Assembly (NCBI GenBank): GCA_964508275.1
Contig: CAZDTE010000001.1
Span: 26,941 to 83,815 of the forward strand
DNA length: 56,875 nucleotides
Direction: 5' to 3'
DNA from: an uncultured Ardenticatenales bacterium
GTDB taxonomy: Bacteria > Chloroflexota > Anaerolineae > Ardenticatenales > JAADHH01
Position 1 is the stretch's first letter, and every line of letters begins with the position of its first letter. The notes below the pieces were generated by a model, which did no database searches, was not told the origin of the DNA, and saw only the letters and a program-made list of their open reading frames with translations. The position numbers and the translations under genes were made by a program. Below are positions 25,504-33,726 of the stretch, piece after piece.

Positions 25504-26901
25504 ATGAACAAGCTGTGGATACGGCTGTCGGTGGCGTTCGCATTCGTCTCTGTCATCGGAATCGTGACGGCCGCCGTGCTCGCCCGCCAGCAGGTGAACA
25601 CGCAGTTCAAGCGCTTCGTCGCCCACGACATGATGCTGCGCTCCCCCCTGGTGGCCGAACTGGCGACCTATCACGATCAGCATGGCGGCTGGGCCGGGGT
25701 GGATTCAATTCTCGGCAACCACCACGGCCCCGGGCCCATGCGACCGGACCGCAGCGGGTGGCGCGGGGGACCCGCGCTAACGCTGGCCGATTCGTCCGGC
25801 CAGATCGTCTACGCCCGGCAGGGAAATCGCCATGCCGGCCAGTTGACCGAGCAGGAGCGGGCCGAAGCCGTGGCCATCGAGACCGGCGGGCAGGTCGTCG
25901 GCTACCTGACGTTCAGCGCACCGTCGCCGGCCGAACTGGAGGCGCCGGCCCAAGTGTTCCTCGACCGCTTCAACCGGTTTGTGCTGGAAGCCGGCCTGAT
26001 CGCGATGGCCATCGGCGCGGTGGTGGGCTTGTTTGTCGCGCGCGGGCTGGCTGCGCCGCTCGGTGAGTTGGCAGCCGCCGCCCGGCAGATCGCCCAGGGA
26101 AAGCTGGACCGGCGTGTGCCCACAAAGGGCACGGACGAAGTCGCCGACCTGGCCCGAGCCTTTAACGAGATGGCCGGGGGACTGCAACAGGCCGAGATGC
26201 TCCGACGCAACATGGTGGCCGACATCGCTCACGAACTGCGTACCCCCTTGACCGTGATCCAGGGGAACCTGAAAGCCATCCTGGATGATGTCTACCCACT
26301 GGAAAAGACCGAGATCGCGACCGTCTACGACGAGACGTTGATTCTCAACCGGTTGATCGGCGATTTGCGCGAGTTGGCCCAGGCCGAGGCCGGCCAGTTG
26401 AGCCTGAGTGTCCGGCCGACAGACGTTGCCCCCGTCGTCAGCAGCGCAGTGGCCCTGTTCGATGAAACGGCTCGCCAGAAGGGGATTGAGCTTGACGTGT
26501 CGGTGCCCCCTGACTTGCCGCAGGCACAGGCCGATCCGGATCGCGTGCGCCAGGTGATCCAAAACCTGCTCGCCAACGCGCTCCAGCATACGCCGGCCGG
26601 TGGCCGGGTCACGATTCAGGCATCGGTGACCGGTGATCAGAGTCTGCACCCGGATCGCTCGCCGCTGCTCACCGTTTCCGACACCGGACCGGGCATCGCA
26701 GCCGGCGATTTACCCCACGTGTTCGACCGCTTCTGGCGCGCCGAGCGTTCGCGGTCGCGCGAGCGCGGCGGATCGGGCCTCGGGCTGGCGATCGCCAAGC
26801 ACCTGGTCGAGGCACAGGGCGGCCAGATCGGCGTGGAGAGCCAGGAAGGCGCGGGCAGCAGTTTCTGGTTCACGCTGCCCTGCGCCCAACCGGAGGCCTG
26901 A
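25504..26901 (+). CDS. Sensor histidine kinase (TM-sensor-TM, HAMP, HisKA, HATPase_c)
   Basis: The ORF track starts at 25438; I take ATG 25504 (MNKLWIRLSVAFAFVSVIGIV). H-box ADIAHELRTPLTVI and G-boxes SDTGPGI and GGSGLGLAI are present. Confidence 0.9.
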   Translation: MNKLWIRLSVAFAFVSVIGIVTAAVLARQQVNTQFKRFVAHDMMLRSPLVAELATYHDQHGGWAGVDSILGNHHGPGPMRPDRSGWRGGPALTLADSSGQIVYARQGNRHAGQLTEQERAEAVAIETGGQVVGYLTFSAPSPAELEAPAQVFLDRFNRFVLEAGLIAMAIGAVVGLFVARGLAAPLGELAAAARQIAQGKLDRRVPTKGTDEVADLARAFNEMAGGLQQAEMLRRNMVADIAHELRTPLTVIQGNLKAILDDVYPLEKTEIATVYDETLILNRLIGDLRELAQAEAGQLSLSVRPTDVAPVVSSAVALFDETARQKGIELDVSVPPDLPQAQADPDRVRQVIQNLLANALQHTPAGGRVTIQASVTGDQSLHPDRSPLLTVSDTGPGIAAGDLPHVFDRFWRAERSRSRERGGSGLGLAIAKHLVEAQGGQIGVESQEGAGSSFWFTLPCAQPEA

Positions 26902-26905
26902 CCCG

Positions 26906-29900
26906 TCAGCGCATCAACGCCGGTAGGTACACGTGCTCAGTCGCATAGCCGATCACGATGTCAACCGCAGCCTGCCCGCTCATGCCGTCGCTATCCGTCG
27001 CCGTCAGGGTGATGCGGTGGTGGCCGGTGGAGAGATTGTGCAGCGCCAGCTCTTCGCCCGTGCCGAGAGCGCCATCCCGATCGGACGTCCACTGTAAGGC
27101 GTTCCCGCGCAGCGTGCCCTCCTCCATGTCCAGCCCCACGCCCTCCAGGACAACCAGCTTGCCCGGCGCGGAGAATGTGCCATCCTGCGGGCTGGTGATC
27201 ACGGAGAGCGGCGCGGAGCCGGGCACGCTGAATACCGCATCGGAAACGTCCTCGCCGGTATTCACGCCGTCGCTGGCGATCACCTTGAGCAACGCCTGAT
27301 TGCTGCCCAGCATGTCGGCCAGGATGTTCTCGTCCACGGTGAGGCTCGTTTCTCCGGTGTCCAGCACCAGCGCGCGCCAGGTGGCTCCGGCGTCGGTGCT
27401 GTAGAGCAGCGTGTATAACAGGTCGTCGCCGTCCGCGTCGGAGCCGGTCCACTGCAACAGGCTGCCGATCTGCATCTGCTCGCCACCGTTGGGCGAAAGC
27501 AAGTGTACGGTGGGTGCGTGGGCGCTGACCTGCCGCTCGGCGATCACCGTCGGGCCGTGGCGAATCCGGAGCCATTGCGTGCCGGCCGGGAACGGAATGA
27601 CCGAAGCGAAGGACGTGATCAACGCACCGTTGTGAAAGTCCTCGTTGAAGGCAATGGTCTCGGTGTAGAGCGGGTGGCTGGCTGCGTCTTCCAACGTGAA
27701 CAGCCAGCCGGAGGCGGGCGGCGGTGCCTGTGCTCCGGCGAGCAGCGTTTGCACCCGCTCCTCCAGCTCCTGGGGCGGAGGCTGTGACAGGCGGTAGGCC
27801 GGGTCGAGCGTGGCGGTTTCCTGATTGGCGTTGGCCGTGCCGCCGGCGAGCAGGTATTCGGTCGCACTCTGCAACGCGGCCACGATGCGCAGCGCCTCGG
27901 TGGAGGGCCGGGTCACCCGGTTGTCGGCCGCCGCGCTCCACGTCAGGCTACACGTGATGCCGTACTCTTCCAGGAGGTTGCAGTACTCCCACGGCGAGAC
28001 CCAATTGGGCGACTCGTAGCCCATCAACGGGTAACCCAGATGCGGCTGGCTTTCACCGGGATCGTTGCTGATCACCTCTGGTTCGCTCAAGCCCCAACTG
28101 CTGTAATACACGTCGAGACCGTAATACCCCTCGGTGTCCACCACAGCCAGGCTGCAATCGGGATACGGCCAGGGGTAGCTGCTGTCCGTTGCGCCCCCTT
28201 CTTCCTCGTCGGGAGTGCCGTCCCCGTCGTCATCTGCGCAAGCCACATGCTGGAGGCCCTGATTGTGACCCAGTTCGTGGGCCATCGTCTCCGGTCCCCA
28301 GCCGTGCCAGGGCGAGGCGGTCCAGAAGTCGCTATCCATCGTGCCCAGGGCGACCCAGCCCGGCGTGTCGGCGAGCCCTCGTGCCGCGAACGTCTCGTGG
28401 ACCATGCCGTAGTAATGCATGTCACTGACCGGGTCGTTAGTCCACGTCCGCTTCCACTTCAAGCGATTCAAGATGGCGGACCGGTCGCTGTCATCGTTCG
28501 GGTCCCATTCCTTGTGGACTGGCCAACCGTGCCAGATCGGTTTGAGCGAGGTAGTGAATCGCCAGAGGTTCAGATCGGCGATAGGATGGAAACGCAGCAG
28601 GTCATCGTAGATCTCGTCACAGTCCGACTCGGTACACCAGTAGATGTGCGTCGATTTGTCACGGTCGGCGTCCTCGTGCAGGTGCAAGGGAACCATCGCC
28701 ATGTTCAGCGAATCGGTCGCCTCGAAGCTGACGTCCGTTTCGATCTCGTTGTCGTCCTTGTCGTACTCGGTCACGGCATCGTCGTAGTTGACCTCCGCGC
28801 GCAGCGTGACGTCGCCCGACCGCCAGTCGCTGGGCAGGTAGAACCAGAACGAGTCGTTCAGGTTGGTGCGGTCACCGCCGTCGGCCTGGATGGTGACCGG
28901 GTTGTTTTCCGCGTCGATGGGCGATCCGGAGAGGGAGGAGCCGCCTCGCGTGCCGTAGAGCCGGGCATTGACCCCGCCGACGGCTGTGCCGGTAGCCTGT
29001 TGCGCATAAACCCGCACGATCGTGCGCCGGTCCTCCACCAGCGGCATCTCGTTCGCCAGGTTCTGGGTGCCCTGGCTGACCTCCATACCGGTCACCTCGA
29101 AGTCGGGTGGCGCTGTCCAGAGGTAGTCTTCGGTCTCACCGTCGGCCCAGCCGCCGGCCGGCCCGCTGCCATCTGCGTTGCTGGCCGGACTCTCGCTCAG
29201 GCTGATGCGCACCCACATGTCCTTGTTATAATCGGCGTTGTACACCAGAAAGTAGGGCGTGGTGAAGGTGGCGTAGTGGCTGCCGAGCGTGATCACGTGA
29301 TTCTGCACAGCCCACTCGGAGAAGGGGCCGCCGCCACAGTTCATGCTGTCGCCCCACTCACCGTTGCGGTTGAAATCGAGCCAGACGTTGAGGTAGGCCT
29401 TGGTACCGTAGGCACTGCTATCGCGCACGGACACAGTGTAATCCATGTTGGTGTACTGGCAATCCGGAAAGGTATCCGGCAGTTGCAGGCCGTCATCCAT
29501 GCGGTCCTTGTCCGCGCCGGACTGGCCAATGTTGTTGATACCGTCCTCGTCGTAGCCCATGTCGGCTTCTTCCTCGCCGCTGATGCCCTCACCGAGATAG
29601 AAACGCAGGGGGTCGTTGTGGTGGATCGGGCCGTAGGGCGGCGAGCCGGTGCCGAAGACCGTCGGGAACTGGCCGATCACGCCGGAATAGGCGTCCATCG
29701 TGTCACCCAGGTTATTGCTGGAATCGGGGGCGTCGCCCAGGTCGGGGACCGGCGTGGGCGTGGCAGTGGGCGTGGGCGTGACAGTCGGGGTCGGCGTCAG
29801 CGTCGGCGAGGGCGTGTAGGTCGGCGTCACGGACGGCGTGGGGCTGTTCGGCACGCCGGCGATGTGGTAGTCCTCCGTCTCGCCGAAATCGAATCCGGTG

Positions 29901-31285
29901 GTCGGGCCGCTGCCGTTCCTGGCCTGGGGCACAGGCAACGGCTTCTCGCTGATCGTGATCCGCAGCCAGATGTCCTTTGTCGGATCGAAATTGTAAACGA
30001 GGAACGCGGGTGTGTAGAAGCTGTGATAGCTCGGCCCGGGCAAGGTGATCGCCTGATTCTGCACCGCCCACTCGGGTGCGTTCGTGCCACCGCAGGATGG
30101 AGTCTCGCCCCATTGCCCGTTGCGATCCCAGTCGGCCCAGACGTTGACGTAGGCGGTGGCCGGCGCGCCGGTGTAGACCCGCACGTTGTAGGCCATCGTG
30201 GTCGTATGGCAGTGGGGGAAGGACGGCGTGGCCCCCAGGCCATCGTCACCCAGGTCCTGGTCCGCGTGGTTCGCGACCGGATCGATGTTATGGACGCCGT
30301 CGGCGTCAACTCCCGCGTCCGCCTCTTCCTCGCGGGTGATGTTGTCCCCCAGGTGGAAGAGCAGCTTGGCGTTGTGGTGCAACGGGCCGTAGGGCGGCGA
30401 TCCGGCCGAGAACACGCTGGGGAAGTGGGCCGGAATGCCGGGGTAGGCGTTCATTCCCAGGCCGTGGCTGTTGCTGCTGTCGGGGGCGTCGCCCAGGTCG
30501 GGCAGGCCGGTTGGCGTTGGCTGGACTGTGCCGGTCGCCGATGGCGTCGGCGTGAGCGAAGCACCGGCTGTAGACGTTGGCGTTGGCGTGGAGGTGGCGC
30601 CGCCTGTAGACGTTGGCAGCGGCGTGAGCGTGGCGCTGGCCGTGAACGTCGGCCGTGGCGTGAACGTCGGCAGTTGCTCGTAGGCGATGATCAACTCCGG
30701 CACAGGCGTCACCTCTTTGGAGGCCAGGTAGACGCCGTAGCTCGCCTGGGCCGGGCCGACCAGCTTGAGGCCGTTGTTCGCGTCCACACCGCTGTACCAC
30801 TTCTGCACCTGGCCGGTCACGTCCCACGTGGCCCAGCCAACGCCCCCGACTGACGTGCTGCCGCCAATGGCCACGGAGGATGGTTGGGTGTTCCAGGTGA
30901 CAGTGGACTCGTTCCAGGAGCCGGTCACGCGGCGCAGGCTGACCGTCTGCGGCATGGTGCCGGAGGTGTCGCGCACGTAGATGCGCAGTGTGCCGGTGAG
31001 GATAGTCACACCGGCGGGCAGGCTGCTGAGGTCAAATTGCACGAGGCTGAGGTCTGCGCTGGCTCCGGCGCTGAAGCCGACGACCATTTGCTGGCCATTG
31101 TAGTTCGTCGTCGGAGCACCTTGGGAAATCCGCGCGTCTCCGGTGGCATACAGTTTGGTCTGGCTGGCCGGTCCAGTACCCTCGGCGAGCCGGCCGGCCA
31201 CCGGCTCGACATGGCGGGCGGCGACGATCACCAGCAGCGCGAAAACCCCCAGGATTGCCAGTCGCTCAAATGACCACGTCTTCAA
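26906..31285 (-). CDS. 1459-aa secreted multidomain protein: signal anchor, DNRLRE-type domain, two GEVED domains separated by Pro/Thr linkers, metzincin-type Zn protease (HELGHNQGLQH), and Asp-box/Ig-like C-terminal modules
   Basis: TTG start at 31285 with AGGAGG 7 nt upstream; the first in-frame ATG is codon 66, after the signal helix. DNRLRE-like: LYATGDARISQG...NYNG...LVQFDLSSLPAGVTILTGTLRIY...VTGSWNESTVTWNTQP. GEVED ends: FGETEDYHI and DGETEDYLW. HExxHxxGxxH lies at codons 1003-1013 (nt 28247-28279). Asp-box YSTDAGATW. Confidence 0.85.
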   Translation of the reverse strand: MKTWSFERLAILGVFALLVIVAARHVEPVAGRLAEGTGPASQTKLYATGDARISQGAPTTNYNGQQMVVGFSAGASADLSLVQFDLSSLPAGVTILTGTLRIYVRDTSGTMPQTVSLRRVTGSWNESTVTWNTQPSSVAIGGSTSVGGVGWATWDVTGQVQKWYSGVDANNGLKLVGPAQASYGVYLASKEVTPVPELIIAYEQLPTFTPRPTFTASATLTPLPTSTGGATSTPTPTSTAGASLTPTPSATGTVQPTPTGLPDLGDAPDSSNSHGLGMNAYPGIPAHFPSVFSAGSPPYGPLHHNAKLLFHLGDNITREEEADAGVDADGVHNIDPVANHADQDLGDDGLGATPSFPHCHTTTMAYNVRVYTGAPATAYVNVWADWDRNGQWGETPSCGGTNAPEWAVQNQAITLPGPSYHSFYTPAFLVYNFDPTKDIWLRITISEKPLPVPQARNGSGPTTGFDFGETEDYHIAGVPNSPTPSVTPTYTPSPTLTPTPTVTPTPTATPTPVPDLGDAPDSSNNLGDTMDAYSGVIGQFPTVFGTGSPPYGPIHHNDPLRFYLGEGISGEEEADMGYDEDGINNIGQSGADKDRMDDGLQLPDTFPDCQYTNMDYTVSVRDSSAYGTKAYLNVWLDFNRNGEWGDSMNCGGGPFSEWAVQNHVITLGSHYATFTTPYFLVYNADYNKDMWVRISLSESPASNADGSGPAGGWADGETEDYLWTAPPDFEVTGMEVSQGTQNLANEMPLVEDRRTIVRVYAQQATGTAVGGVNARLYGTRGGSSLSGSPIDAENNPVTIQADGGDRTNLNDSFWFYLPSDWRSGDVTLRAEVNYDDAVTEYDKDDNEIETDVSFEATDSLNMAMVPLHLHEDADRDKSTHIYWCTESDCDEIYDDLLRFHPIADLNLWRFTTSLKPIWHGWPVHKEWDPNDDSDRSAILNRLKWKRTWTNDPVSDMHYYGMVHETFAARGLADTPGWVALGTMDSDFWTASPWHGWGPETMAHELGHNQGLQHVACADDDGDGTPDEEEGGATDSSYPWPYPDCSLAVVDTEGYYGLDVYYSSWGLSEPEVISNDPGESQPHLGYPLMGYESPNWVSPWEYCNLLEEYGITCSLTWSAAADNRVTRPSTEALRIVAALQSATEYLLAGGTANANQETATLDPAYRLSQPPPQELEERVQTLLAGAQAPPPASGWLFTLEDAASHPLYTETIAFNEDFHNGALITSFASVIPFPAGTQWLRIRHGPTVIAERQVSAHAPTVHLLSPNGGEQMQIGSLLQWTGSDADGDDLLYTLLYSTDAGATWRALVLDTGETSLTVDENILADMLGSNQALLKVIASDGVNTGEDVSDAVFSVPGSAPLSVITSPQDGTFSAPGKLVVLEGVGLDMEEGTLRGNALQWTSDRDGALGTGEELALHNLSTGHHRITLTATDSDGMSGQAAVDIVIGYATEHVYLPALMR

Positions 31286-31812
31286 CCGACTCCCTCCTCT
31301 CCTTCGACGATGCGAATCTCCTCTGCGGCCAGGCCGTACAACTTGTACACCAGCGCATCAATCTGCGCATCCGTGGCCGCGATCTGGCGCTGGTAGAGGG
31401 TCTTCTCGGCCGGGATGGACGCGGCGGCCAGCTCTTCGAAGTCGGTGAGCACGCTCAGCGGCAGCCTGGCGCTCCAGGCATGGCGACGACGCTGGTAGGC
31501 CGGCCCGACGTCATCGCGGATGGAGACCGAGGGCTTCTTCACTTCCAGGAAGAACTTGCGCGTGCCACCGACGCGGAAACAGTAGTCCGGGGCGCGGGTG
31601 GCCCTGCCGACTTTGATGGTATCCTCGTGGACCACGTCCTTGTACTGCGCGGCTACGCCGCGCACGTTGCGCACGTCCCAGCCGAGGGCCTCGAAGAACG
31701 GGTCCACGAACTCGATGCGCACGCGCGTCTCTTTGTAGTCGGCGCGCTTGTAGACATCCAGATTGGGGCGGAAACGTTCGACCAGCTCAACGACGCCGGC
31801 GGGTGCGGACAT
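31282..31812 (-). pseudogene. Internally deleted remnant of a type IIG / Eco57I-like restriction-modification enzyme (N-terminal about 135 aa fused to C-terminal about 40 aa)
   Basis: MSAPAGVVELVERFRPNLDVYKRADYKETRVRIEFVDPFFEALGWDVRNVRGVAAQYKDVVHEDTIKVGRATRAPDYCFRVGGTRKFFLEVKKPSVSIRDDVGPAYQRRRHAWSARLPLSVLTDFEEL is joined directly to ...QIAATDAQIDALVYKLYGLAAEEIRIVEG. These match the two ends of enzymes normally about 1000 aa long, as I recall them. Confidence 0.7.
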
Positions 31813-31928
31813 TTGCTTCTCCCCTTGTGGAGGCCGCGAGCGGACAGAGTGTTCAAAAGCTCTGTCCGGTTTCACGTGCATGCAACAGATCGTGTGGAGA
31901 ACAACACGACATGCTGCGCAGCGCATCA

Positions 31929-31957
31929 ATGATACCACAGATCGTTGCCAAGTTCAA
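31929..31957 (-). promoter_or_regulatory. Promoter TTGAAC-N17-TATCAT with TG extension, upstream of the R-M remnant and the giant protease
   Basis: Minus strand: -35 at 31957..31952, 17-nt spacer ending in TGTGG, -10 at 31934..31929. The leader contains a 9-bp hairpin, CGGACAGAG/CTCTGTCCG. Confidence 0.5.
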
Positions 31958-32039
31958 GCGATGGTCTCTCGGAGTAGTGTATCCCTTTCGGTGGAAACTG
32001 TGCTCGTGCTTTTTCTGAGCCAAGGGTCAGCGCGTATCC

Positions 32040-32130
32040 CCCTCATCCCCCCGCTTGCTTGAGGAGAAGGGGGCGAAATGGCCTAATCGGGCCCCTCCCC
32101 CGCCGCGGGGGAGGGGCTACGGGGGGGGGG
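32040..32130. repeat. G/C-tract hairpin repeat cluster (includes an 11-bp perfect stem, CCCCTCCCCCG/CGGGGGAGGGG, at 32092-32116)
   Basis: Direct reading. Composition and Cn-loop-Gn organisation resemble those at 1-118, 6726-6868 and 34526-34562. Confidence 0.7.
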
Positions 32131-32370
32131 GTGATCTTCCGTGACATTAGGAGGCGCGTTTTTCCTGCGCACCCATTATCCACCGAATTGTATACACAAC
32201 CTCTCTCGGAAGGCAATCCCAGAGCCTGTTTCGATGGCAACGCACCGTAAGGGGGCTAACTCCTGTAGGCCAATTGAGGTTGGTGGAGGGAATGCCTTGC
32301 CCCTACTGAACGCTCGCGAACCTGCACAGCACGTAAGATGCTGGCCGCCGGCAGCGTCGAAAGACCAACA

Positions 32371-32403
32371 GTGACCGTCACCTTACGGTGACCGTCACCT
32401 TAC
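32371..32403. promoter_or_regulatory. Two tandem copies (17-bp period) of GTGACCGTCACCTTAC, each containing the palindrome GTGAC-C-GTCAC
   Basis: Copies at 32371-32386 and 32388-32403 are identical. They lie about 240 nt upstream of the first gene of the membrane-protein trio. Confidence 0.5.
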
Positions 32404-32639
32404 CAATGTCGCCCAGTGGCAAAGAGGCCACTCGTTCATCAGGCGGTAGGTCAAGCGCCTATCCGCCAACCGGCTTTTGCCCCACCCCAGGGTGTGTCGT
32501 GAAGCTGATTTTCCGCCCGGGGAAGGGTACCGGAGCCGATGTCGGACAGGCGCTAAGTCAAGTGCAACTGTGTTGGAACAAGAGGCTGAGAACTTCAATC
32601 GAGGAAGAAGCACGGAATCTAGAAATGTGGAGGTTACAA

Positions 32640-33323
32640 ATGCAGAAAATGATTGTAAAGATGGCTAAGATGTATCCCGTGATGATCGTGATGGGTTTCA
32701 TGATCGTGCTGATCGCTTTCGTCGTCGGGTATTTCAACTCGCAGACCGCGGCGGCCTACTTCGGAGAGGCCAAGGCGCTACGCGAAACCACGTTGATGGC
32801 CCAGCGGGCTTCGATCGAAAGCATCGGGCTCTGGCTACCGCCCTTCAAGTTCCTGGGCATCGGCCTGATCCTCGGCGGCATCGTCATGGCCCTGCGGATC
32901 ATCATTGACAACCTGAAAGCCGCCGGCGTGGAAGTACTGTCCAACGTTCCGGCGGAGAAGCGCCCGCAAATGCCGGCCACACCCTGGTACGCATCGCTGA
33001 TGCCGGCCGTTATGATGCTGGGCGAGGTGGTATTCCTGGTCGCATTCGGCGTCGGCGTATGGCTGTCCGGGCTTGCCCGCACGGTCTTTGCCAACCCGCT
33101 ACCGACCATTGACGCTGCCGGGGCCGGCTCGGCCCTGCTGGCCAACCTGCAAACGATCCATGCGGTCGAAGGCTGGCTGGTGCCGCTCAAGTTCTTTGGC
33201 ATAGCGACCGAGTTCCTGGCCATCACCATGGGCCTGGCAACGATCATCTACATCCTCAACGCGCAGACCAACATGTTGGACCGTGGCTTCCGAGCCGCCA
33301 AGTCCGGCCAGGCTGCCAGTTGA
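32640..33323 (+). CDS. Membrane protein, two copies of an approximately 110-aa two-helix module (paralog 1 of 3); family unknown
   Basis: GGAGG lies 6 nt before ATG 32640; the ORF-track start at 32388 sits inside the operator-like repeat. Module motifs: AAAYFGEAKALRE...WLPPFKFLGIGLILGGIVMAL and GSALLANLQTIHAVEGWLVPLKFFGIATEFLAITMGL. Confidence 0.75.
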   Translation: MQKMIVKMAKMYPVMIVMGFMIVLIAFVVGYFNSQTAAAYFGEAKALRETTLMAQRASIESIGLWLPPFKFLGIGLILGGIVMALRIIIDNLKAAGVEVLSNVPAEKRPQMPATPWYASLMPAVMMLGEVVFLVAFGVGVWLSGLARTVFANPLPTIDAAGAGSALLANLQTIHAVEGWLVPLKFFGIATEFLAITMGLATIIYILNAQTNMLDRGFRAAKSGQAAS

Positions 33324-33341
33324 GGGAAAAGGAGTTTTCTG

Positions 33342-33710
33342 ATGAGTAAAATCAAAGCGCCGGACACAGCCTGGCAAATGAAACTGTTTCCTGTGCTGAC
33401 CTTGCTGGGTTGGGTCCTGATTGGTACGTCGTTCGTGATTGGACTGTTTGTCCTGACCCCCACGGCCGCCAGCTACTGGGGCGGCAACGCCAAAGCCGCC
33501 CGCGACGCGGCCGTAGCCGGTTCCGTCCTGCTGGGGCAACAGGGAACGTTGACTACCATCCCGCGATGGTTAGTGCCGCTCACGTTCCTGGGCGCGGCCT
33601 CCTTCATCGTGGGCATCGCCCTGGAGTTCTCCAGCATCCCGGCGTTGCTCAAGAACCGGGGTCAGGTGATGAGCGCTTGCTTCCCGTACATCGCGAAGCA
33701 GGACTCGTGA
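33342..33710 (+). CDS. Membrane protein, a single copy of the same module (paralog 2 of 3)
   Basis: AAAGGAG RBS. AASYWGGNAKAARDAAVAGS...RWLVPLTFLGAASFIVGIAL aligns with the first module of the flanking genes. Confidence 0.75.
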   Translation: MSKIKAPDTAWQMKLFPVLTLLGWVLIGTSFVIGLFVLTPTAASYWGGNAKAARDAAVAGSVLLGQQGTLTTIPRWLVPLTFLGAASFIVGIALEFSSIPALLKNRGQVMSACFPYIAKQDS

Positions 33711-33726
33711 TAAAGGAGAGACTACC

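Noticed and set aside
29750-30670. GGCGT/GGCGTG-rich periodic DNA at 29750-29840 and 30530-30670
   Set aside because: These are the antisense of the Pro/Thr-rich linkers (TPTPT...) of the giant protein. They are coding low complexity, not independent repeats or regulatory arrays.
28040-30853. 937-aa plus-strand ORF antisense to the giant protease gene
   Set aside because: Arg/Gly/Val/Ala-rich low-complexity translation with no recognisable domain. It is a typical stop-free shadow frame opposite a genuine high-GC gene whose product has clear domains.
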